Source: Nageia nagi
Lineage: Eukaryota; Plantae; Pinophyta
Assembly (NCBI GenBank): GCA_050084985.1
Contig: JBITNC010000002.1
Location: 10,602,001 to 10,666,000 of the forward strand
Reading direction: 5' to 3'
Length of the DNA: 64,000 nucleotides
In this document: positions 39,601 through 52,500 of the stretch, one piece after another
Layout of the letters: each line of letters begins with the position of its first letter
Numbering within the stretch: position 1 is the stretch's first letter
Notes under the pieces: model-generated
Database searches by the model: none
The model's input: only the letters and a program-made list of their open reading frames with translations
What the model was told of the DNA's origin: nothing
Translations under genes and position numbers: made by a program

Positions 39601-40470
39601 TCCTCATGCTTAATGTGGTGCTTGGGAGTCACCCATGCCACGTGGAGGTCTAGAATGCATGCGTGGGTGTCTTGGAATCATAATGAGCCAACGTGGCGTC
39701 TAGAGTGCATGTGTGGGTGTCTTGGAGTCAGCATGAGCCAACGCGGGGGTCTAGAAGTCCCCCCAAGGCTGGTGCATGTATACAAGTGCTCCCAAATCCA
39801 ACTCTGGGGCAATTAGGTGTTTTTCGATGCTCAAGTCTCATCTAAGTGCTATACAAGCCTTGGGATTTCCACAATCATCTTTAGGATCTCCAAGTGCATT
39901 AATGATGAATTAAATAACACATCTTAGTTTAGGAGGAAAATGTCCCTCATGGGGCTCACAAAGTGGGTCCAACGGACCTTTATATTTCTATCCAAATTAA
40001 CTAACAACAAATACATGAATAAATAAATATTTACAAAAAGGCAATCCCTAGGATTCCAAAATTATTTATTTTTTACAAAAAGGGGATGTTACATAGTGTT
40101 AATAATTTGATTCTTGAACATAAAAGTTTTCTGATGCTTTTATAGGAAACCATGTGATGTGAATTAGTGCCTTGAGTTCTGAGTATTCTTAATTCTTGCA
40201 ATGTTTGTTGGATCTGTTTGGACAATTCTATTTGTTCCATACGTTCTATTGATTGTATCGTAGACTACTCTTTAAGTTATTCTACCTTCGAATTTATTTT
40301 GGCAAAAATCCTATTTTGTTTCTCTATTACCTTCGAAGCATCTTTCTAAATTCCATTAATTCTAGGTGGTGTTCATTTAGGCATACATTTTGGAGTTAAG
40401 TTTGTTCTTGTTTCCGAAACGGGAACGTCTAGAAACATGACCCTTCCAAAATAGGTACACTAGGGAAACA

Positions 40471-40519
<49 letters not shown>

Positions 40520-43500
40520 AATTTACAAACAAAAAAGAATGATACACATAAATAACATTTTAGAAGGAAAATCATGTCCATATTAACTCCCATAAATGAT
40601 TCCATGATGCAAAATCCAATAAGCCTTTATAGATGAGGCTTCACATCCAAAATTAGCCTTTTTACATGAGGCTATGTGATGATGGAAATTAAATAAAACA
40701 TGAGCTAAAGACAAGTACAATTACATATCATCCTCGTTAACAAAAATAGAACAAGATGCTTGTTCAACAAAATTAAAGGTTGGATTGGAAGAAGAGGCAA
40801 CTCAATATCAATAGAAGCAAGAGAGATATCCAAGTATAGGTTTTCTGCATCCAAATCCGAGTTTTTATGAGGCCCACTTGTATATTCTTCACCACTACAA
40901 GACACAAATCGTAGGTTTGAATGCACATATATAAGATCCTCAACCTTTTGTGATACCAACCTATTCTACTTCACAGAATGAATGAAATCATAGGTGCTCC
41001 AGTTCCTTTCCGTTGATGAAGAGCTTGCCATTTGTGATAGAATACGAGTAGCAATGTTTTGCAAATATAAACCATTTACCCTGTGAAAAGTCCACCATTT
41101 AGTGGGGTTCATAGTCCTCTTATCCAAAGATGATATGTTTTCAAAATCCTTCAATCCAACAACAAAACAAGCAAATTATTCCCTCACTTCAGTTTGTATA
41201 GAAGTGTTCATACTTTTCCCAAGTGAGAAATGTGGGAGAATATACTCAAAACGACATTTCCAAATCATAAAACATTTCGGTGGCTTTTCTCATGACGTTT
41301 CCAGATTGTTAAACATTTCGAAGGTGTTTTGTACCTATATTGGTGTTTCGGGAAGTTTTGGTACTGTTAAGGGACTCTAGATTTTCCTTTCATTTGGTGT
41401 TAATCTATTAATACTAAATATTGGTGTATCTTCATCTTAAATTTTTTGAGAAGTGGATGCTTGATTTTATTGAATATTTGGGTGCTTAATGGTTCTGATA
41501 TTGCCTTGTTTTATGCTTTTGCTGACACTTGAAGTCTAAAACATTGGCCTTGGGTAGTATTTTTGAGGATATTTCATGACATAGGCATTCCTATGGTTAA
41601 TGTGACAAATAGTGATGGTAGGGCTAGAAATTGGTAAAATGGGATAAGAAGTAACCTGGAAGACAACAAAATTAGTTTCCAAGTTGATGGTAAGAGCATT
41701 GCAATTTCTTGGCAAAGGTGCCAAAACATTTGACGCTAGGGGACACAAGGTCTAGAATGCCCACATTCTAGGAGGAGTGTTCAAAAATGCCCATGTTTTG
41801 TTGTTTTGGTCCCAAAACCAATGCATTTTTCATGGGGAACCTAGAATGGGAGTTTTGCAGAAATGTGAGGTTTCGATTGGGTTTGAACATACTTGTAAAA
41901 ATCGTTAAAAATCAGTAAAATTGGCAAAAAACAGGATCAGAATGACATGATTTTTTCTTAACCGATTCTTATTTTTTCCCCATTTCTCCCGATTCTCGAG
42001 CCAATTTTTTGTGCCAATTTTTTCCCGAATTTTAGAAAAGAAAAGGGCAAAAAATCACAGGCACTAGCTAGGGAGGAAAAAAGGTCAAATTTGGATTTTT
42101 GTTTAAAAAGTTTCTTGCAAACTTCAACTAGGAGGAGCTAAGAGGAGCTAGGAGAAACATCATTTGCACGATTTGAGCTAGATTCCAACACAACCACAAG
42201 TAGGGGATCCATTACATTCCCAAGAAGAAGAAGAACCAACAAAAATGACTAACAGGGCTAAAGCGACAAAAGAGAGATTGAGAAAGGGGAAAGAAAGACA
42301 ATATGGACATTAGAATCTAGATTAATGTTTTGGTTCAGATCTTGTTTTGTGAACGTGGAAATTTTTGATGTGTTTTGGTCCTTGGACATTCGATATGTAA
42401 TACAAAACTGAAAACTCTACAATTTCCAATGTTAAAATATGTATTCACTTGTGTAATGTGTTATTTGAAAAATTAGAATCTTACACAAGTGTAATGTCAT
42501 CCTAGAATAAAATGTCTTTAAAGCTACTAGTTAACTCAGTTTCAAATATGGGCAAAGGACGTGGATCTAAGACACCACAAGCCTTATATGGGTCAATGAT
42601 TATTTTCTGCATTCTAGGTAGCATAACAAAGTTATGAAGGAATTCCTCATAGGTCAATATATATTGTGTGAGTTTGGTTATTCTCTTGTGTTGCTAGGGC
42701 ATGTAATGGCATTTCGAGGACAACTAATTTTCTGTTTTAGGTCTTTCACTACTTTAAATATCCTCATTTTCTATTTCATTGTTGTTAGCATTTTAACAAT
42801 CATCCTATAATTGATTTTCATTCTCTTCTATGTCATCATCATAGTTTGTGTGTACACTTTAGAGATGCATATCTAAATTGGAAATATTCTTATTTGTGCT
42901 TATTCTAGCATCTTGTAGATCATAGTTTTCATCATTGTTGATTGGAATTTGCATCATAGGTTTTTTTTTTTCATAGCTATTTTGCACTTCTAGCTTTGGT
43001 ATTATTTTTAAATCCTTGACATTTAGAATATCCGAAGGTGATGCAAATAGGGGGGGAAAAATCACCAAGAAAATAGAGTTTGATACAAACATGATGCCTT
43101 TAATTTTGAAACTAGAAAAGCAAGGATCTTAAAACAAATAAGAGATTTGAAAGATAAGCAAAGAGTTGAAATCAAAAACCTAGGGTTTTGTCAAAAAACG
43201 CATAAAATAAAACAAGTGGGGTTCACCAATTTGTTAACAAAAAAAGAGAACATTGTATTAAAAAATGTACAAGTAATTATGTATACAATATGAAAATAGA
43301 TTAATATCCAATATGCGATATAAGATCTAGCAAGTAGGATTATGCAAATTTAACAAGAAGGGACACAAGGAACTTATTTTGATTATATACAATGAGAAGC
43401 TTCATGGTAGATAACTTATGATCTTGGAAGGCAAAGCTTAGTTGCAACTAAATAATAAATCTGGATAATTTTAGAGATAATTTTGAAGATAAATATGAGA

Positions 43501-46500
43501 TGATCTTGAAAATGATAATTTTTCTTTGGATGACACTACAACAAATATGTGGACATTTGGAATGACTTGGTACACTTGTGGGCGTTGTTGAGGCTGGGGA
43601 CTAGAGTGTTTGTGTTTTGAGCATATAGTGTTAAAGCGTTGGGCATTCTAGGACTGGGTGCCACATTGCTAGGTGTTCTAGACCTAGGTATGGATACAGA
43701 TCGTTTTGGCCTAAATGCCTATTTTAGCTTGGAATTATTCAAGAGGTGAGTTTTGGTTCTTTTAATGTTTCTACGATTCAATTGCGATGATAGAATATTA
43801 TATTGCACTTTTCTTACTTGATCTTTGATAATGAAAATTTTTGAACTTATGTTCTATCTAAAATGAGCACTTGGGAGTGCTTTATAAAGGATTCATAAAT
43901 TATATTTTGAGTTCACCTAGATGGACCCACTTAGAGCAAAATGCATAGAAGATAATGCTAATTTACATAATTTCACTTAACCCTGATTTCCCACAAGTAG
44001 GTCCAAATTAACATTTTGCATAAATCAAATAAGATGCAAATAAAATCATTTTGCTAAAATGCAAATATAAGTGTCTGCAGTAACCTTGTTTGATTTCTGA
44101 CTATTGAACGAGCAAGCTTCCTAAAGCATGAACCAGAAATGGCGCAATAATTTTGTCATGGAGAGGCTCCTAGACTAGTTTGTTTAACCATTTTTATACT
44201 ATTCTAAATTGCATTTCATGCTTTAATAAGTCAAAAAGGAAGAAATCATTCTTCATTTCATAGAATCAAAACTATGTCAACGGTTTGTGCTTGATGCAAA
44301 TAACCTAAGCTCTCATATGTGGAAGGAATCTGGAAACAGATTTAAGATATATTACAAGATTGTTAAGGAGTCTAGCTCCATACCTGAGTTTTGTATGAGT
44401 AGACTTATCATTCTTATGAGTTTGTAGAAGCATTTGCAACTGAATGAAATTATTTAAAATTCTAATATGGAATATCATGATAGTTTTAAACAAAAAGTAT
44501 TAACAAAGAATAAATACACAAAAACCAAATTGTTCCACATTTTTATTTTAATCTTTAATCTCAATTTGCACTATTGCAATTTGTAAGAGGAAAAGACAGC
44601 CTCAGTCTAGGAAATTATAGTTTTAACGATCCCGTCACATGAGGGGTTAATATGAAGGGAACCTTAAATTAGTATTACAAGAATAGCGGGACGCATTCAC
44701 TATCAATAGCTAGTGCTATTAACCTTTTATATAAGTTTATGCAAATGTATATGATATGGCTATAGATGCAGTTCTGAGATTTGTAGGAGCATCTGAAAAT
44801 AAGATGAATGTCTTGCAATGTCAAATGTAACAGAGAGAATTCTGTATATTTGTTTTCTGCGCCTTTATTGTAACCTGCGAATCAATTGTCTGTTACATTT
44901 CCTAGCAATAAGTAAAACTTATGCTGAATTTATGATTTCAGTGTAGTTAAGAAGTTGTTTATCAGGCTTAAGTTTGGGACATAAGTTATAGGCTTGAAAA
45001 TGAAATAATTATATGGTAGTGGTCAGCTTTATGTGTACTGCAATAGACAGTACATTGTTAAATCTTAATTTTTGTTCTTGTAATCCATGTCATTTTAATG
45101 TTTATTTTGGCTACTGTTTAAACTGATATTTTCTTTGTATACAGTTGGAACTACTATTTCGGAGGCATGAAGTGGTAAACATGTGTAGAAAAAATAATGA
45201 GCTGGCTAAGAAGTCATTAGACCTTGAAGTTGGAAGTGTTGGTGTTGATAAATGGTCACAATTGACTTTGAAAGTTCTGAGATCACTTCCTTTTCAACTT
45301 ACAAAATCTCAATTGAAGGCAGCTTCAGAGATTATATGGGACCTCAAAAGACCATTGCCGATGAATCGTCTACTACAAGTATGGATCTCTTACTGTCATA
45401 TCCTCTGGATAGACTTTCTGTTAATTTGTGATTTCTCTAGAACTTTTCAGGGCCAAATCTTTAGATATCAGTAGCTTTGAATGCCCCAAAACTACATATG
45501 CAAGGATGACATTGCTTTTCATATCCATTTGATTCCAAAAGTATTTTCCGTAATGAAGAATTGTTCCTATTCAAGACTGGGTTTGTAAAAAATGATTAGG
45601 ACCTGATATTTGCATGTTTATCTTATGATAAATATTTATAGAAATTTTCTGATAGCTATTCTTATGGTTGTTTGGATATACGATTTGTTTTTTGATTTAA
45701 GGAAGTAGAAATTTGTTATATGTTATAATGGAGGAGCTAATATTATATTGATTTGTCTTTATTGAACATATTTCAACTATCAGAGACAATGTTAACTTGT
45801 TAATTTAGATATTGATTTTTTAATTTTTTAGTTGGGTTTTCAAGATCATGTTTGTATTTTCTATCTTCAAAAAGCGCTGAATATAAACAAAACGAATATA
45901 CATGTTATTGTTATTTGATACGAGTTTTATCAGGATGTGTCTACATCTCAATTAACAAAAATGGCTTATCATTTAGCCCAATGAGGAACCACACAAGTTT
46001 AATCTGTTTTTCAGTCATAGAAGGTTTACTTTTTGTCAAATTCATGCCAATCATCCAATAAATTGCCTAGTGTCTTTGAAGCATTGCACAGTCAGAATAC
46101 ATATTTTGTAAATAGACTTTCTTAAGTATGATTTTAGTTAATTGGACAGAATGGTGTTTGCTAGTATGAAAAAGGTATCATGACCATAGTATCAAACATG
46201 GCTTGAGTCTTAAAAACTCGCAAGTTTGGGTCCAAGTTGGCTTCATCGAGCTGCTCAAACCAACTTGCAAGTTTTTAAGATCTAGGATGAATTTATTTTC
46301 TTGGCTCAGACTTGAGACTCGCGATTTTTTCAAAAACTCACGATCTTTTATACAAAAACTCGATACATGAACACATGCTGAAAAGTTTAAAATCTACTTT
46401 TTTTTCATTTCCAAGTTTTTGCTAAGATTTTCCGAATTTTTTTGTTGAGTCTTGAAGTTCTCAATACATGTCGAGTTTTTGCCAAGTCTTGAGTCCGAGG

Positions 46501-49500
46501 CTTGAGTTGGCCTTGTCAAGTCTGACTTTCTCTACCTATGATCATGACCATAGACTGCAATGCATAAAGTTGTTGCAAAGTATAAAAAATATGAACTGTT
46601 GAATAATGTGAAATGTTTGAGCATCATGCTGATTGAATGATTGGCAGGAAAAGATATCCATATTTTGACCTCTTCTCATATCAGTAGGTTACTTCTAGGG
46701 ATTTTGGTGAATGAAGAAGGGTGGCTTTTTTGGCTAGCTGTTTTTCACTCTATTGGTATCTCCACATACTGACTTACTCCCTTCCAGTATTCACCAAATG
46801 CTCATCTATATCACCTACCAAATGAGAACATGGTTAACAAAGCGGAAAGAGAGGACATATATCAAAGTTTATGTTCAAGTCACATGGATATCTCCACCCT
46901 AACTTCTTAATCCCAAGTATATGTCTAACACATGTTGGTGATTGAGGATGGGATCATCATTTGTCTTGATAATATTCAGTGCCATTGGACACAATGCCTT
47001 GGGATCCCTCTTGTCCAACTTTGAGTTTGCTCCTACCAATTGTAGTGAGGAAATATCAACACATTCCTATGGAGGACATGATTTGTTGTTTTATCTGTAT
47101 AAGTGGTAGAGAGGGAAAACTATTTTATTTTAACATATCTTAGTAATATAAGATATAGGGGAGATACTACTATTTAGAGACTTGGGAGGGTCACTTGCTA
47201 CCTTCTTTCGCTATCTAGGCCAAAGGTGCTTGGCTCTGGAGTTTGGACCTTAGGGGTGGAGTTACTCATATTTGCCACATTATACAAAATGTCTTGAGCG
47301 CTTTTAGCGTAATCACTTATTTGTTCCCTTGCATCTCTATTGTTTGGGGCACCACCCTTTGAGGCTACTAGCACCCTTAGTTGATGATGGGTGGCTAATG
47401 GGGTTATCTTTCCTCACGTATTATTATTGACCTTATCATCCCTATTGGTTAATCGTGGCGAGGGAAGTTGTTGGCTCTTCATTGTTGTAGTCCAAGTTCT
47501 CCTTTTTATTTACAATATGCATTACAAAATTTTTATTATCTTCTACATTAGCGTTGTTTTTCGATGAAAAAAGATTCTTGGGGTCTCATTTTGTGCGTAT
47601 TCCTCAAATTGCCTAATCATGTCCAATCAATCATGGCCGCTCCCCCAAGAATTATTAGATCATGTATTAACTATTTCTAGTTGATTGGTGATTATAAAAT
47701 CCACTACTCTTTAGCATCCCAACAATTAGATCCAAATATTCCTTTTGCATTGGTTTCTCTAGATATGTGACATGTTACTCGAAACATATCTTGTGTATTG
47801 TTCTAATGAAGTTTTGTTTTCCTTTTGGTTTAGAGCCCTTGTCTACATTTTTGTTGTATACACTTTCTTTTTTTCAGTCTTACTGATCTGCTTTTGTCAT
47901 CTATGGACATGAATGCAATTTCTTTCTTTTTTCTTTATTATAATTTATAAATGTTTTCTTCATTGATGATGAGATTGTGAATTTCTAATGAAATCATTAG
48001 TGTCACCTAGTCAATCTTATTGGGATGGGGTGTTAGGATATTATATCGTATATGTGTTCTGATGTAAGTTTGACATTTGTACAACCACCTTATGTAAGGT
48101 CAATATGAATGTACGTCAAATGGAAGCTAACACCTTCTAGGAATTATTTGTGTAATTATTTTCTTATTCAAAGGAGTACCCAAAAGCCTAGAAAGGCATC
48201 AATCATTGTGATAAATCATTTATTTCATTCTTCTTCAAGGGTTAAATTGTTATTGTTTTATGCTTTAAATGTTAGATAAATTGTTTATTATTTTCTAGTT
48301 TAGAATAATTCCTAATTGTTAGAATTTTATTCTATAAAAAATAAGACCCCAAAATCTCACTAATACACGAGCTTGTGTGAAGCAAATCCAAAACCATTAA
48401 GATGTGCAACTCAAAGATGAGAGAGAGAAAAAAACACATTATAAAAAGAGACAATAATTTTTGAAGGGGGAAAGCCAAGCAAAAAACCTTTTGGTATTAG
48501 CAAGATGGCAAAAGCCTAATGAAAGTATAAAGACATCCTAGCACAATTTTAGCATAGTAACTCTACAACAAAATTGCGTTAAGAAATGAGAAGAGAGCCA
48601 CTTCTTAAATAGAAGTGGGAGAGAGGAGTTAATAAGTAACTCCACCATCTTAGCTTTGCCACCTTACGTGTGCATGTGCATGCACAAGTGGAACATCCCT
48701 TTAAGGACGATGCATGTGTGCACATTTAATGTGTCATAATAGCTAAAATCTAATATTCCTCGTAGAGTTACTAACCATTAAAGGAAAAAAAAGGTGGTAG
48801 AGATTCCGTTGGAATCTCTCCACAAACTATAAATAAGGAATTATTAATGAGGAATAAGCCATTTGTGATAGAATTCTAGTGGCAATATTTCGCAAATATG
48901 CACCATTTGCTCCATGACAAGTCCACATTTAATAGGGTTCATGGTCCTCCTCTCATCCAAAGATGATATGTTTGCAAAATCCTCCAATCCAGCAGCAAAA
49001 GAAGCAAATTTTTCCCTCACTTCAGTTTGTATAGAAGCGTTTATACTTTTCTCAAGTGAGGAAAGGTGTCTAAAGATTGAAGAAGAATTAAAATTGTTTC
49101 ATCTCAAGTATAATATATTAGCATTCATACTTTTCCAAAGTGAGAAACGTGGGAGAATATGCCCAAAATGACATTTCTAGATTGTGAAATGCTTTGGTGG
49201 CGTTTCCTGATCGTAAAATGTTTCGGTGACGTTTCAGAGGTGTTTCCTGATCATGAAATGTTTTGGTGATGTTTCAGAGGTGTTTCATACCCATACTAAT
49301 GTTTTGGAAAGTTTTTGGTACTGGTACGGGCCTCTAGAGGGTGTTTCCTGCAGCTTAGTATTATATAGAGCCTACAGGAACATGTGCTTATCATAGGTAT
49401 AGGTTCACATAGTATTGTATAGGTATAGGCTCTTGAAAATGAAAAACACAGAATAAAATAGAATTTGATTATTGTCTAAAGTTGTCTGAAACAGCCGATA

Positions 49501-52500
49501 GGTGAATGGAACTAACAAGTAGCTTCATACAAAACTTTGAGAAAACTCAAAAGGAGTTAAAAATGGATAGAAAATAAAACTAGAACATTAGATTAAGCAA
49601 GAATACAATAGAACAGTTTGTATATAAATGAAACATCATATTCAACTTGGATGTCAAGGAGAAGCAGATAGATGATCTCATTAGCATTTTTCATGAGCAT
49701 CATGAGAGCATGTATTGGTTCCTCTGGAGTGATTGATGATATTATTGATGATTTGACCATTCAACAGGCTGAAACTACTCAGGACCAGTCTTGTTATTTT
49801 TGGATTTTTATGATATTACATGACATGCAAAATGTACAGGCTTTAAATATACTTTATTACAGTTTCATTTTCTGTTTTTCCTTTTCATTTTTTTTGTTTA
49901 GCATCCCTTTTGGATTCTTACAGGCTTTGAATTCGCTCTGTTGTATGAGTACTTAGTCATGGTTGACGTGAGATTAAGACAAAGATAAATTACAGGGTGA
50001 CGTTGGCTGTGGAAAAACAGTTGTTGCTTTATTGGCTGCTTTGGAGGTCATTGATACTGGTTTTCAGGTAAGATGATTTCACCCTTTGGTTCAATTATCA
50101 ATTCCCCCTGATCCTTCTTTCTTCTTGCCATCTTTAGTGGCAAACTGTACATGTTCAAGGCTTTTCAGTATTTGGGTTACTTATCAACTTGTTGACCTTT
50201 CACCCATGTTATCTAAAGTTCGGAGGAAAGATCAGTAAATATGAGGGCATTTCTGCATTGTCAAGTTGAATTATAAACAAGTCATACACCTCTGTTCACC
50301 TAATGTCCAATGCAGGCAGCATTTATGGTTCCTACAGAATTATTAGCAGTGCAACATTACGAGACCATTGTTTCAATTTTAGAGAGAATAAATGGAGATG
50401 ATAGACCATCGGTAGCACTTTTGACAGGTTCTACTCCCTCAAAGAAAGCCTGTTCAATTCGTAACGTAAGGTTTCTCTCCTCTAGTGTCTGCAAATAAAA
50501 ACAAAGTGGTATTAATCTGTTTAAATCCTGGCAGTGTAGATTGGAGTCATTCAATGGTATAGTTTAATATGTCTTTTTGAATTCAGAGATTAGAAACAGG
50601 AGAGATTGCAGTGGTTGTGGGCACGCATAGCCTGATTTCAGAAGGCGTAAAGTTTGCAGCTCTGCACTTTGCTGTTGTAGATGAACAACATCGTTTTGGA
50701 GTGGCACAAAGGGGAAAGTTTAGCAGCAAGGTATGTATCATTGCTTTGTTGAATTATAATGAGAACTTTCTTAGTACAATCGGTATATATTTGTTTATGA
50801 GAAATACTATTTTACTATCAAAATCTCAGAATATTGGGTCACGCCATATTGTCAAATACTAGTGTTAGTGCATACATATTAATGGGAACCTGAAAAGAAA
50901 TATTTCATTAATAATTCAGGTAAATTCAGGAATACCTCAAAGCATCTAATTGTAATAATCAATGTAATTATCAAGGACAAAAACATATCATTATTCGAAG
51001 AGAAGTGTAAACTTCACTTGAAGAATATTTTATTGTAATATTATGGATAAGACAAGACTTATCCTTGTTCCAAGCGAGGTGTAACCTGAACTTGGAGAAG
51101 TATCTATTTTTAGGTTTTGATCAGGAACTTGAAAGTTGAATGCAAGCTTAACTTTGGCATCTTTTTAATGCTTAGAGTTTATCTCCACTTAGGTACCTCT
51201 GGCATTTTCTTATAAAGTAGAATGAACAATTCTTGTTAAAGGGGAAAAGTCATATGTCATTTTTATGTTAGAATTAATTAAAAAAAACACCTAACAAAAG
51301 AGGTGCAATTATGTACCTGTAAATTTGGTGTGCTAGTTTTAGTAATTAGGGATTTATTTTGGACTAATGTTAAATTTCATGATGGCAGCAGAGCCGTAAG
51401 CAGAAATTTTCACAATGGTTACAGAGCCAGATCTAAAGTTTTTTTTTCCTTTTGTGTTGGCTTGTTCATAGTTTAATACTTTTCTTAACCAAGAACCAAA
51501 TCAGTACATAGTTTCAGATCTAACAAACCGTAAGCTTCAGTTAAATTCAAACAGATTCGCATAGCAATATTTGGAACATTCTTGATCCGGCTCTGAAGAT
51601 TTGCAGTTGCAGTCCAGATTTATGGGAAATTATTCATCCTAGTTCGAATTTTACCATATTGATGAGTTTGAATTATATGAAACCAGATTCCAGATCTGAT
51701 CTTTGGAACATTCTAGACTTAGCCTTTAGGTGTTACCGTTGCAGTTTGTAGCTATGAAAAATGACTCATTCTAATGTAAATATAAATAGACAGATGTCTA
51801 TGGAGCAGTCAAGATAGATGGGATTGTCCCATTTTATAGGATTCTTTTGTTGTTCAATAATTTCATCTGATAACATCATTGGGCACCATGCAATCGGTGC
51901 AGATGTGGAGATCCACGAGAGATCTATCTATGTGCTGGTTGAAAGAGGATCCATTTGTTTGTTTTCTTGAGGAGGGTTCATTTGCAGACAACCCAATATA
52001 GGGTATGTCTATGGACTGTCATTTGGTTACCATCAATGGACAGATAGAGCAAGGATATGTTTGTGCATGGGTAGACCCAATGTAGGATGTGTTTCTGTTT
52101 TTGTGCTTGCATGATTTGATATACACACAACTATACCTCTCTTTATTCTTCTGCATGCAACTAATTGTTTTCCACTTCATATTTTTTTTGTACCCTGACC
52201 AAATATGCGATAACTTTTTTCTTCACACCGTTTCTGCAAATGATGTGACAACTATTTGCTTCTTTACACCTTTTGTACCAAGGTTGAATGATGCTGCTAC
52301 TATTTTTCCATCCACATGGTTTCATACTCACACAAATATACTTGTCCTAAATTTTGTAGTTTCAACTATTTTGTGGGTCAACTTGAAGATGCAAAAATGA
52401 CTTAGACCAAAATTCTTCATCCAAATTGCAAAATTTTCAAGCTGCAAAAACGAAAGCAACATTAAGAAAAAAAAGTCTCTACTTTTTGGCCTGATGCTCC

